The notes under the pieces are model-generated. The model had not been told where the DNA came from, searched no databases, and was given only the letters and a program-made list of their open reading frames with translations. A stretch of 48,036 bases of DNA from a bacterium (lineage in GTDB: Bacteria > Patescibacteriota > Minisyncoccia > Phycocordibacterales > CAIZLB01). A program made the position numbers and the translations under genes. This document shows, one piece after another, positions 1 to 8,168 of this stretch. Positions within the stretch are counted from its first letter, which is position 1. Every line of letters begins with the position of its first letter. Location: positions 1 through 48,036 of the forward strand of contig JBAXRA010000001.1 of the NCBI GenBank assembly GCA_037131455.1, in the 5' to 3' direction.

Positions 1-218
1 CACTCTTCGATCGTGACCGGCGTGTTGGCCAGCACTTTATCGGAGAGGTCGATGACCTTCTTACCTGCTTGTGTTGCTGCTTCCATCGCAGCAACGTCTG
101 ATGATGCGACGAAGCTTTTCTCGGCCGCGATCATCGATCTTACGGCCACTGTGACAAGTGCCACTGCTGCTGCAATCAGGCAAATAGCCGTCGAAACGGT
201 CTTTTTGGTTATTTCCAT
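1..218 (-). CDS. hypothetical secreted/membrane protein, N-terminal part only (runs off left edge); lies in GC-rich islet A
   Basis: ATG at 218-216 opens a frame with no stop down to position 1, so it is absent from the ORF track. Translation MEITKKTVSTAICLIAAAVALVTVAVRSMIAAEKSF... has a charged N-terminus followed by a hydrophobic span (signal peptide/TM-like). A same-strand TTGACA-17-GATAAT promoter lies upstream. Confidence 0.4.
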   Translation of the reverse strand, partial: MEITKKTVSTAICLIAAAVALVTVAVRSMIAAEKSFVASSDVAAMEAATQAGKKVIDLSDKVLANTPVTIEE

Positions 219-268
219 GGTGTGTTGTGTTGTATTGGGTTTGGGTGGTGTGACCCACGGAAGTTTAA

Positions 269-324
269 TTCCGCAGATGCAAAGAAGAAAGGTCTGTCGA
301 CCCATGCACTTTGCATCTGCGGAA
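269..324. repeat. perfect 16-bp inverted repeat (ttccgcagatgcaaag / ctttgcatctgcggaa) with a 24-nt loop
   Basis: Arms at 269-284 and 309-324 are exact reverse complements. There is no flanking T-run on either strand, so it is not a canonical terminator. It lies in the putative 5' leader of the minus-strand ORF that starts at 218. Confidence 0.85.
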
Positions 325-396
325 ACTTTAAATCCAACAAACTAGCCACATTTCTGAACTTATCAATGTGAAAGATCTAGATATAACACTAGGTAT

Positions 397-425
397 ATTA
401 TCCTACTAAATAGGCTACTTGTCAA
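397..425 (-). promoter_or_regulatory. sigma70-like promoter, TTGACA-17 nt-GATAAT
   Basis: On the minus strand, TTGACA is at 425-420 and GATAAT at 402-397, with a 17-nt spacer. It points toward the ORF starting at 218. Confidence 0.5.
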
Positions 426-452
426 CTACTACAAAATGGCTTTAAATAAGGT

Positions 453-938
453 TTAAATAGAGATCGAGCTGACAATCTGCCCTAAAAGAAGACCCATAAG
501 TACCAATAATAGTGCAATAAAGGCAATTATCTGAGCAAAATGGGTGTCTAAAATGAACCTCTGAGTGCGAACTAAAAGACGGATCACTAGGCTTCCTAGA
601 TTGTGCTTTTGTTGAACTATATTAAATTCATGAGCCCATGTGACTCTTAAAAGTTTTATGATATATACAGCCGAAAGAATACTAAAAAGAATCACTGCGT
701 ATAGGAAAAAGAAGTTAAGAATATGTGGCATATGGAATGCTGAGTTTCTAGTTCCCATTGAAATCGCAAGATATGAAATCGATGCTCCCATCAAAAGAAA
801 AAAAGATTTTGTAAAAACCCACGATGGATGAGTGTTTAATCTATGAGACCAAACCATCTCACTTAGGCAATAAGTAATTAGAAGAACTGTTGGTAAATAT
901 GTAAAAATTGGATAGATATAAGTTGTGATGAAGCTCAT
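453..938 (-). CDS. hypothetical multi-pass membrane protein
   Basis: 161-aa ORF with several long hydrophobic segments. It sits directly downstream of the helicase gene on the same strand. Confidence 0.6.
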   Translation of the reverse strand: MSFITTYIYPIFTYLPTVLLITYCLSEMVWSHRLNTHPSWVFTKSFFLLMGASISYLAISMGTRNSAFHMPHILNFFFLYAVILFSILSAVYIIKLLRVTWAHEFNIVQQKHNLGSLVIRLLVRTQRFILDTHFAQIIAFIALLLVLMGLLLGQIVSSISI

Positions 939-945
939 GACAAAA

Positions 946-2655
946 TTATATCATATCCTGAAATAACATCATCCTCACTGTGCGGATTTCTATATAACTG
1001 TAAGTACTGTCCAAAAGGTGCTTTACAGGTGCCAAGGTTGCCTTCTCTAAGTTAAATTTACCCTTAATTTTATGAGCCTTTTTAAACGCCTCTATAATTT
1101 TCTGCTGTTTTCTAATACTGACTGATTTATATAGTGTAGAAAAATCAAACAGCGGGTCATCTTTTAATATTTTTTCACAGTGCTCTAGAATCGTTTCAAC
1201 CTTCAAATTTCTTATACGAGAAATTTCATCAAGTGAACGCTCATCTAGGACTAGGTTTTTAGTAAGTTCAAAAGTCCCCTTCTTCTTTTCCTTTTTTACT
1301 GTTTTAGTAGAATCTTCTGGGTTGGTATTTTCTGCACCAATGCTTTTGAGAAAATTTACTTGTCGGTTTTTAACTTCTGCATTGGAAAGATCCATAAATC
1401 CCCTCACTGTGTTCGCAGATTTTTCTCGAAGTTCCTCATCGAATTCTACAACTTCATCACTAACCTTGAGCGCTGTGTCGTTCAAACCAATAATTCGAAG
1501 TCCATCAATCGATCTCACTCTGGAAAGTGCCACATACCCCATTCCCCTCTCAAATGATTTTGATAAGTCTACCTCTACGTAATCGAGGCTCATTCCTTGG
1601 CTTTTATGCACCGTTATTGCCCATGCAAGGCGCAGCGGGTATTGAGTGATTTCAGCCTTTACTTTGCCATCCTCTTCTATTTTCCAGCTAGCGGGTTCAA
1701 CATCAATGATCTGCCCTTTATAAGTTCTTACAACCGGACCATTTTTCCCAATTGCAGTTACGGTTCCGAGAGTTCCGTTTACATAACCGACTTCGAAATT
1801 ATTTTTGACAAACATGACTTTGGCGCCAACTTTTAATTTTATTTTTGGAAGTGCAAGGCAGGATTTTTTTAGTAAATCCACTAGCATGTCCCCTCCCCTT
1901 GAAATCATTTCAAAAGTTTTTTCATCTGACTTTATTTTTTCCAGCTCTTTATAGTTAATCATGTCCACATCCACATTATGCGTATAAAGTCTTGTCGGTG
2001 AAAAAGCGCCGTCTTCATCGGTGTGAGGCAGTGCAATTTTGCTTTGTAATATTTCAAAACTTTTTTGGCTGACATTGTTTGCACGAATTTCATTTAAAAT
2101 GGAAATAGTTGCGTTGTCTAATTGGCGATGCTGTTCTTCGAGGTAACAAATTTTAAAATTTGAATTTTTCCATGCATCTGAATGGTATACAAAGTACCCC
2201 GGATCCTCATAGGAAGTCGAGACGGGAGGCAGCTGGAAAAAATCTCCACACAAAATAACCTGTATGCCACCAAATGGCTTATCATTTCTTTTAAAACCTT
2301 TACAAACTTTATCTACCAAATCCAATCGAAAATGGTGAAGCATAGAAATCTCATCAATAACCAACACTTTTACTTTTTCGAAGCGCTTCCATAAATATTG
2401 TTTTTCTTGAAGCGCTTCCACATCATATTCTGTCAAAACATTTTTTATACCCATTCCAGTCCACGAGTGAATAGTTACCCCACCAATATGTGTTGCGGCA
2501 ATCCCGGTTGATGCAGTCACGCCGATCTCTACTCCTTTATTTTTGAGGTAGGAAATGTACTTATTTAAGACATAAGTTTTACCACTACCGGCTGGACCGG
2601 TAATATAAACGTTATATCCCATTTTTAAAATGTCTAAGGCTTGTTCTTGGGTCAT
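946..2655 (-). CDS. Pif1/RecD-like SF1 DNA helicase with a C-terminal helix-turn-helix-like tail
   Basis: Walker A ITGPAGSGKTY, Walker B VLVIDEISML, and the QLPPV and TVHKSQGMSLD motifs typical of the Pif1/RecD family. The ATG at 2655 is preferred over the TTG at 2664. Confidence 0.85.
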   Translation of the reverse strand: MTQEQALDILKMGYNVYITGPAGSGKTYVLNKYISYLKNKGVEIGVTASTGIAATHIGGVTIHSWTGMGIKNVLTEYDVEALQEKQYLWKRFEKVKVLVIDEISMLHHFRLDLVDKVCKGFKRNDKPFGGIQVILCGDFFQLPPVSTSYEDPGYFVYHSDAWKNSNFKICYLEEQHRQLDNATISILNEIRANNVSQKSFEILQSKIALPHTDEDGAFSPTRLYTHNVDVDMINYKELEKIKSDEKTFEMISRGGDMLVDLLKKSCLALPKIKLKVGAKVMFVKNNFEVGYVNGTLGTVTAIGKNGPVVRTYKGQIIDVEPASWKIEEDGKVKAEITQYPLRLAWAITVHKSQGMSLDYVEVDLSKSFERGMGYVALSRVRSIDGLRIIGLNDTALKVSDEVVEFDEELREKSANTVRGFMDLSNAEVKNRQVNFLKSIGAENTNPEDSTKTVKKEKKKGTFELTKNLVLDERSLDEISRIRNLKVETILEHCEKILKDDPLFDFSTLYKSVSIRKQQKIIEAFKKAHKIKGKFNLEKATLAPVKHLLDSTYSYIEIRTVRMMLFQDMI

Positions 2656-2674
2656 GATTGTCAATTATACATCA

Positions 2675-2716
2675 AAACAAAATCGCCCCCTCTTGCGAAG
2701 TGGGCGATTTTGTTTC
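2675..2716 (-). terminator. rho-independent terminator after the lytic transglycosylase gene
   Basis: Stem aatcgccc (2681-2688) pairs with gggcgatt (2702-2709). It is followed by a T-rich run on the minus strand. Confidence 0.7.
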
Positions 2717-2728
2717 TAGATTAACTGT

Positions 2729-3184
2729 TTATTTAACTGCCAACTGATTAGATAACTGATAGTTTTCGTACGCAGTCGTTTTTGACCAACATGGAGAAGA
2801 TGATGACCAAGGTGTCGGACCTTCTTCGTTGAAAAGGCGTCTGGCATAAGCCATATTCCCTTCCACTGAATAAATGTCGTACCCTAATTTCTTTGATCGT
2901 TCTAGGTGGTAATACTCATTGATTTGGAAAAGTCCAACATCCATGTTATTTACTCGTCCTCGAAGAACCGATCCATCTTTTTCGTATTGTCTGTTATGAG
3001 ATTCACATGAGGCAATTTCTGCCATTAGTGGTTTGTCAGATGTAAAGTTCTTAACTTTCTCTTTTAAACTGTAGTTTTTATTGATGTTAAGGTTCGCTGT
3101 TGTTGTTGCAGTAATAGCGGTGGTTGTAGTGGCTTCTATGGGAGCAACCGGTTGGCTGTTACTCATGAATCCTGAAGCAAGCAT
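2729..3184 (-). CDS. lysozyme-like / lytic transglycosylase (SLT) domain protein
   Basis: SCESHNRQY...DVGLFQINEYYH resembles the catalytic Glu-Ser and GL(F/M)QI motifs of SLT domains. The open frame continues upstream as LRNWLIIQLTIGLA (signal-peptide-like) without an ATG/GTG/TTG, so the true start is uncertain. Confidence 0.7.
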   Translation of the reverse strand: MLASGFMSNSQPVAPIEATTTTAITATTTANLNINKNYSLKEKVKNFTSDKPLMAEIASCESHNRQYEKDGSVLRGRVNNMDVGLFQINEYYHLERSKKLGYDIYSVEGNMAYARRLFNEEGPTPWSSSSPCWSKTTAYENYQLSNQLAVK

Positions 3185-3276
3185 CGCTAGTCCGATTGTA
3201 AGTTGTATAATAAGCCAATTCCTTAATTAGTAATGCGTTTGTCAGGTAAGGTCGATTTAAACGCTTGCACAATAAA

Positions 3277-3296
3277 ACCACATGCTGTCATGTGGT
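3277..3296 (-). promoter_or_regulatory. 8-bp perfect hairpin plus U-rich tail in the leader of the SLT gene (possible attenuator)
   Basis: accacatg (3277-3284) pairs with catgtggt (3289-3296) around a 4-nt loop. On the minus strand it is followed by tttatt. It lies just downstream of the putative promoter at 3305-3333. Confidence 0.4.
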
Positions 3297-3304
3297 ATGT
3301 AAAT

Positions 3305-3333
3305 ATACTAGCACGGCTGAGGTCTCATGTCAA
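3305..3333 (-). promoter_or_regulatory. sigma70-like promoter, TTGACA-17-TAGTAT
   Basis: On the minus strand, TTGACA is at 3333-3328 and TAGTAT at 3310-3305. It is oriented toward the SLT gene. Confidence 0.4.
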
Positions 3334-3438
3334 TGATTTTAAGGAGTTTTTCATATAGAATTTACCGATTATATGGCTATAAATAAGGCTATAATCACGA
3401 AAAGTACGAAACCACATTTTCAGGGTTTTGCAAGTTGC

Positions 3439-3469
3439 TTGACGGGGCTGATGCTTTTGATATTATAAT
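3439..3469 (+). promoter_or_regulatory. sigma70-like promoter with an extended -10 (TTGACG-16-TGaTATTAT)
   Basis: TTGACG at 3439-3444, TG at 3458-3459 and TATTAT at 3461-3466, with an overlapping TATAAT at 3464-3469. Confidence 0.5.
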
Positions 3470-3472
3470 TGT

Positions 3473-3590
3473 AGTTAGATAGCTGAAATGCAGAAAGCCC
3501 TACTGCTACCATGCTTAATTGCAAGAGTGATGGAGAGACTGGCGCCCTCCCAGCTATAGAAAAACCCATCATTTGATGGGTTTTTCTATT
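3473..3590 (+). ncRNA. candidate small RNA of about 115 nt (alternatively an mRNA for a 23-aa peptide), class unknown
   Basis: Bounded by the promoter above and an intrinsic terminator. A closing helix atagctg/cagctat (3479-3485 / 3551-3557) encloses three short hairpins. An internal ATG at 3488 would give MQKALLLPCLIARVMERLAPSQL. There is no downstream plus-strand gene before the terminator. Confidence 0.35.
3561..3590. terminator. bidirectional rho-independent terminator
   Basis: cccatc (3565-3570) pairs with gatggg (3575-3580) around a 4-nt loop. An A-run lies upstream and a T-run downstream. Confidence 0.7.
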
Positions 3591-3678
3591 TTATATCAAT
3601 AATTGTCCATAGGATTTTTCCGAATAAAATTCTTTACTTCGCTGGAGGTCAGTTTTCCATACTTAATTTGCGGCTTAA

Positions 3679-3876
3679 TCACCTCTTTTTTACCTTAGTC
3701 TTTGTAACTTTCGGTTTCGGAGGTAAATCAGGCAAATCCACATACCCTTCCGGATAAGTGATATTAATCGCAGGTGCATTTTGCGTTCTTTCCACTATTT
3801 TTGACCCTAAAATAAGGGCATAAGTGCTTAGAACTATGGAAACTAGCGATATTACTGGCCAAATGATTTTCCTCAT
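3679..3876 (-). CDS. small membrane-anchored hypothetical protein
   Basis: 65-aa ORF with one N-terminal TM segment (IIWPVISLVSIVLSTYALILG) and a Lys/Pro-rich tail. Confidence 0.5.
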   Translation of the reverse strand: MRKIIWPVISLVSIVLSTYALILGSKIVERTQNAPAINITYPEGYVDLPDLPPKPKVTKTKVKKR

Positions 3877-3883
3877 AAAAGAC

Positions 3884-3911
3884 TTGATTAAGTTATATAA
3901 TTAGGTATACT
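3884..3911 (+). promoter_or_regulatory. putative rpmA promoter, TTGATT-16-TATACT
   Basis: TTGATT at 3884-3889 and TATACT at 3906-3911, about 40 nt upstream of the rpmA ATG. Confidence 0.35.
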
Positions 3912-3949
3912 ATCCTCCACACATTAAGAAATCTTAAAATACTTATAAA

Positions 3950-4222
3950 ATGGCAACGAAAAAAGCTGGAGGTAGCGCAAAAAACCTCACCGATTCTAAC
4001 CCACAGTACTTGGGTATTAAACTCTATGCAGGAGAAAAGGCTTCTGCTGGGGCTATCATTGTACGACAGCGTGGTACAAAGATCATGGCTGGTAAAAACG
4101 TAGGAGTTGGATCTGATCACACCTTATATGCAAAGAAGGAAGGGATTGTAAAATACGGAACTAAACGAAAGATAAACTACGACAATACGGTTTCAAAGAA
4201 GAGAACAGTAGCGGTAGAGTAA
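3950..4222 (+). CDS. rpmA: 50S ribosomal protein L27
   Basis: [24 protein letters not shown]...[26 protein letters not shown] matches the conserved L27 core. Confidence 0.97.
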   Translation: MATKKAGGSAKNLTDSNPQYLGIKLYAGEKASAGAIIVRQRGTKIMAGKNVGVGSDHTLYAKKEGIVKYGTKRKINYDNTVSKKRTVAVE

Positions 4223-4230
4223 AGAAAAAA

Positions 4231-4258
4231 GAGCGATCGAAAGGTCGCTCTTTTTTTT
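4231..4258 (+). terminator. rho-independent terminator of rpmA
   Basis: gagcgatc pairs with ggtcgctc (one G-U pair), followed by T8. Confidence 0.8.
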
Positions 4259-4274
4259 GTTGTTATAACCAATT

Positions 4275-4305
4275 AAAAAACCTCCCTATAACAGGGAGGT
4301 TTTTT
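4275..4305. terminator. bidirectional terminator (serves rplI)
   Basis: A6, then stem cctccct-ataac-agggagg, then T5. Confidence 0.8.
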
Positions 4306-4319
4306 AAACTTAAATCTGC

Positions 4320-4763
4320 TTACGCCGCTAAAATATTTACAGTGAAAGTAGCAGTCTTATCCTGAACCTTAACAGTCACCTTGTGTTCCCCCACCTCCTT
4401 TAAAGGCTTATCCAAAACAATGTGTTCTGCATCAATATCCAATCTAGTCTGCTCCTTCAAAGCTGGAATCAAAACATCCTTGTGAACTCCTGCAAATAAA
4501 TGTCCCTTTGCATTAGCCTTTTCAGTCACCTCAATCTTTACACCATCAATCTGTTTTAAATTCTTGATCAAAAGGTCCTCTCGGATAGATTTCTGAGCCT
4601 TCTCTTCTGCCATCAATTTTTCAACACGAACCAAGGCAGACTGTGTAGCCTGTTCAGCAAGTTTGTTTGGAAAAAGGAAGTTAGCCGCATAGCCGTCAGC
4701 CACTGTTAATACCTGATATTTGTTACCGATTTTTGGAACGTTTTTAGTTAAAATTACTTTCAT
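4320..4763 (-). CDS. rplI: 50S ribosomal protein L9
   Basis: The N-terminus MKVILTKNVPKIGNKYQVLTVADGYAANFLFPNKLA is typical of L9. Confidence 0.95.
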   Translation of the reverse strand: MKVILTKNVPKIGNKYQVLTVADGYAANFLFPNKLAEQATQSALVRVEKLMAEEKAQKSIREDLLIKNLKQIDGVKIEVTEKANAKGHLFAGVHKDVLIPALKEQTRLDIDAEHIVLDKPLKEVGEHKVTVKVQDKTATFTVNILAA

Positions 4764-4781
4764 AGTTCAAAGATACTAACA

Positions 4782-6023
4782 CTATTTAGATAGAATTTCA
4801 ATAGCCTTCGCCATTTGGAGGTCTTTTTGGGCTTTTACGTCGTCTTCGGTGATTTTAACCTCTATGTCAGGGACGATTCCAACCTCTGAGATAGAATTTC
4901 CCTTAGGGGTAAGCCACCTAGCAACTGTTACCTTTAAAGAAGTGTCCGGAGTGATGTTTACAAGTTCCTGTACCGATCCTTTACCAAAAGACTTTGTTCC
5001 AACTAGTGTTGCTACGTCATTTTCCCGCAGTGCCCCTGCTAGGATTTCAGAGGCCGAAGCCGATCCACCGTCAATTAGAATTACAATTTTTGGAAACTTC
5101 TTACCTTCAAAAGTGTTGTAGCCCTCACTACGAAGTATGTCTTCAGATCTGCTTTTTCCATAGCTCTCTCGAAGAACCACAGAACCCGCAGGTAAAAAGT
5201 TGCTGGCTATTGAAACTGCAGCATCAAGAAATCCTCCTGGGTTATTTCTAAGATCAATAATTAATTTGTCAGAACCAGTTTGTGAAAACTTTGTAATTTC
5301 CTTGTTAAACAAGTCATCTGAGTTCGCATTAAATGAATATAACTTGATTGTATAAATTCCAGTTGAAGTTGCGTACTTTCCATCAATGGTCGGCAAGTTA
5401 ATAACATCACGAGTTACTTCGTAATTAATTGGTTTTGTAGAACCATCTCGAATTACAGTCAAGATAACCTTTGTTCCTTTTTTGCCACGAATAAGTGTAA
5501 CGGCCTGATCTACAGATATATCAGTTGAAATAGTGTCGTTAATTTTGATGATTTTGTCCCCAGGCTTAAGTCCCGCCTTTTCAGCAGGAGAACCTGCGAG
5601 CGGTGCAATAACGGTCAAAATACCCTCTTTTTGGCCAACTTCCATGCCAATACCCTCGAAATTACCGTCTATTTGGGTCTTAAACGAGGCATTTTCCTGT
5701 GGGGTGAAGAATGTAGTATATGGGTCTCCCATAGATGAAACCATGCCTTTTATGGCTCCATAAATGCGGTCCTTGTTGGTGGTAACAGCGGTGGTTGTGG
5801 CAATGCCGGCTGTAGTTGTGCTTGTGTGTGTCGGTACATATTTTTCATTAATTAAAGTCCAAGCCTTCCAGAATATTGCAAAATCAACATCAGATACCGC
5901 ATTGGTTTGTCGAGCTTCGGCGTTTGTAGACTTTCCAGAGATAAAACCAAAGCTAAAAACAGAGACTAGAACAACAAAGGTGACAAGCTTTTTAATAGAA
6001 TTGTTAGAGGTTTCAGATTGCAT
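4782..6023 (-). CDS. S41 family carboxy-terminal processing peptidase with a PDZ domain
   Basis: N-terminal TM segment, PDZ-like GLKPGDKIIKIND, and S41 motifs DLRNNPGG and GGSASASEILAGAL. Confidence 0.9.
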   Translation of the reverse strand: MQSETSNNSIKKLVTFVVLVSVFSFGFISGKSTNAEARQTNAVSDVDFAIFWKAWTLINEKYVPTHTSTTTAGIATTTAVTTNKDRIYGAIKGMVSSMGDPYTTFFTPQENASFKTQIDGNFEGIGMEVGQKEGILTVIAPLAGSPAEKAGLKPGDKIIKINDTISTDISVDQAVTLIRGKKGTKVILTVIRDGSTKPINYEVTRDVINLPTIDGKYATSTGIYTIKLYSFNANSDDLFNKEITKFSQTGSDKLIIDLRNNPGGFLDAAVSIASNFLPAGSVVLRESYGKSRSEDILRSEGYNTFEGKKFPKIVILIDGGSASASEILAGALRENDVATLVGTKSFGKGSVQELVNITPDTSLKVTVARWLTPKGNSISEVGIVPDIEVKITEDDVKAQKDLQMAKAIEILSK

Positions 6024-6071
6024 AGAATAGCAGTATATTATAAAGAAATGTATAATGCTAGGAATAAATAT

Positions 6072-7463
6072 ATGAAAGCAAATCCAGTATACCTATATGA
6101 CACATTGTCTAAGGAGAAAAGAGAGTTTTCCCCAATTAAAAATGACGAAGTTTCAATGTATCACTGTGGTCCGACTGTTTACGACTATTTACACATAGGA
6201 AACTTGAGGTCATTTTTGCTTGCCGATTTTTTACGAAGGGTTTTTGAATTCAATGGATATTCGGTTAAGCAAGTAATGAATATTACTGATATTGGACACT
6301 TAACCTCAGATGGGGATAGTGGTGATGACAAGATGACCAAGGCCCTAATAAGAGAAGGAAAAGAACTGACTTTGGAAAATATGAAGACTTTGGCGCTGTT
6401 CTATTCGGATGTTTTTAGGAATGATTTGAAAAGTCTGAATATCATAACTCCAAATTTCCTACCGATGGCGAGCGACCATATAAAGGAGGATATTGATTTA
6501 ATTTCCAAGCTTTCGGAGAAGGGTTTAACTTATAAAACTGCAGATGGTTTGTATTTCGATACTATAAAATATCCAGAATATGGAAAGTTGGGTGGAGTTT
6601 CAGTCATCGATGAAAAAGAATTGCAATCTCGCCTCGCGCAAAATCCAGAAAAAAAGGATCCTCGAGATTTTGCCCTCTGGAAGTTTAATGATGCATTAGG
6701 CTATGAAGCGCCTTGGGGCAAAGGCTTCCCTGGCTGGCACATTGAATGTTCCGCGATGTCTATGAAATACCTTGGGGAAAGTTTTGATATTCACACTGGT
6801 GGTATTGATCACATCTCCGTACATCACAATAACGAGATTGCTCAATCTGAAAGCGTGACAGGAAAGCCGTTGGCTAATTATTGGCTCCACGGGGCATTTT
6901 TGAACGTTAAAGACAGTAAAATGGCCAAATCCTCAGGTGGTTTTATCACTTTGAAAGACCTAATCGAAAAAGGCTATTCCCCTCTTGATTATCGATACTT
7001 GTTGTTGACTGCGCACTGGTCTACTTCCTTAAATTTTAGCCTCGATTCATTAGATGGTGCAAAGTCTGCGAGACATCGTTTAGTTAAACATGTTTCAGAA
7101 CTTAAAGAAGGCGCTGTTGATTCAAAACAAGTTGAAGACTTTACTGCAATTATAAATAACAACCTAAATATGCCAGAAGCGGTTTCATTTATCTGGCAGT
7201 TGTTAAAATCTAATACATTAAATGCTTCAACTTTGGCAGAATTTGATAAAGCGCTTGGACTAAACCTAATTGAAGAAGCTCAAAAGAAGAATGATGCAAA
7301 CGGTGATGTTTCTGATGAAGTAAAAACTTTAATAAAATCCCGTGATGAAGCTCGCACCAACAAAGATTGGAAAAAATCAGACGAACTTCGCGACGCCCTT
7401 GTTAGCCTTGGCTACGAAGTTATCGACACCCCCGATGGTACACAAGTAAAAAAGAAGTTATAA
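6072..7463 (+). CDS. cysS: cysteine--tRNA ligase
   Basis: HIGH-type motif CGPTVYDYLHIGN, KMSKS-type KMAKSSG, and WHIECS. The ATG at 6072 (MKANPVYLYDT) is preferred over the overlapping upstream start at 6018. Confidence 0.95.
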   Translation: MKANPVYLYDTLSKEKREFSPIKNDEVSMYHCGPTVYDYLHIGNLRSFLLADFLRRVFEFNGYSVKQVMNITDIGHLTSDGDSGDDKMTKALIREGKELTLENMKTLALFYSDVFRNDLKSLNIITPNFLPMASDHIKEDIDLISKLSEKGLTYKTADGLYFDTIKYPEYGKLGGVSVIDEKELQSRLAQNPEKKDPRDFALWKFNDALGYEAPWGKGFPGWHIECSAMSMKYLGESFDIHTGGIDHISVHHNNEIAQSESVTGKPLANYWLHGAFLNVKDSKMAKSSGGFITLKDLIEKGYSPLDYRYLLLTAHWSTSLNFSLDSLDGAKSARHRLVKHVSELKEGAVDSKQVEDFTAIINNNLNMPEAVSFIWQLLKSNTLNASTLAEFDKALGLNLIEEAQKKNDANGDVSDEVKTLIKSRDEARTNKDWKKSDELRDALVSLGYEVIDTPDGTQVKKKL

Positions 7464-7517
7464 TATAAGAGCCGCGCTTTATAAGACGTTGCGCGGCATA
7501 ATTTCGCAAAATTACAT

Positions 7518-8093
7518 ATGAACATTTTTTTATTTTCAATACATTTTTCTGCTTTAGCATTAGGCGCAGGGTCTGCATTTATTATCGATTTATTTTTCGT
7601 GACTTCTGCAAAGACACGCATTCTCTCTACCCGCGATATTAAAATGATTTTTAGATTGAATTTTGCTGCATTAATTTCAGCTGTGATTGCTTTGGTTACA
7701 GACGTTAGCATAATTTCCTTCCAGGTTATGAATGCTTCAGGAAATGGATTTTCATATTGGTTATTAAAACTTTTGCTATTGTCCATCGTTTTCTTGACAG
7801 CACTTTCTCTTCGAAAAATTCACCTACCTTTACTTTTCCGACATCAAAAGCACAATGCTCATCTTTCCGATAGTTTCATCTATCATAGCGATGCCCTTAT
7901 TAATACTGTGATCGTATCCACTGTTACTTGGATATCAGCTGTTATGGCTACTACTTATGAATATGTTGCTAATGTCGGAGTGGTGCCAACTCCATTGTCA
8001 TTTTTAATTTTGTATTGTATAGCACTGTTTATTTCTATCAAGCTTTTCACCGCTCTTAAGGGGAAAATCACTAGAATACACCTTAAAAAGTAG
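7518..8093 (+). CDS. hypothetical multi-pass membrane protein
   Basis: 191-aa ORF with 5-6 hydrophobic spans. I recognised no family. Confidence 0.55.
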   Translation: MNIFLFSIHFSALALGAGSAFIIDLFFVTSAKTRILSTRDIKMIFRLNFAALISAVIALVTDVSIISFQVMNASGNGFSYWLLKLLLLSIVFLTALSLRKIHLPLLFRHQKHNAHLSDSFIYHSDALINTVIVSTVTWISAVMATTYEYVANVGVVPTPLSFLILYCIALFISIKLFTALKGKITRIHLKK

Positions 8094-8168
8094 ATATACA
8101 GAGCTATTAACAGTTTGTGAACAAAATTCATATTTTCTTTATCTTTACTTAAGGTGTAAAATGTATGC

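Noticed and set aside
13-345. Plus-strand 110-aa ORF (GTG start; the frame is actually open to the left edge) covering GC-rich islet A
   Set aside because: Its Ala/Thr/Ser-rich, low-complexity translation looks like the antisense shadow of a GC-rich gene. The minus-strand frame has a proper ATG, a signal-peptide-like N-terminus and a consensus same-strand promoter. The rejection is not absolute: GC3 is similar in both frames.
1322-2394. Four plus-strand ORFs (1322-1582, 1360-1557, 1597-1836, 2182-2394) inside the helicase gene
   Set aside because: They are entirely antisense to a well-supported Pif1-like CDS, and their translations show no motifs.
7412-7786. Minus-strand 124-aa ORF
   Set aside because: It overlaps the 3' end of cysS and the 5' half of the plus-strand membrane ORF 7518-8093. 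The latter gives a more coherent multi-TM protein and fits the spacing after the cysS hairpin.
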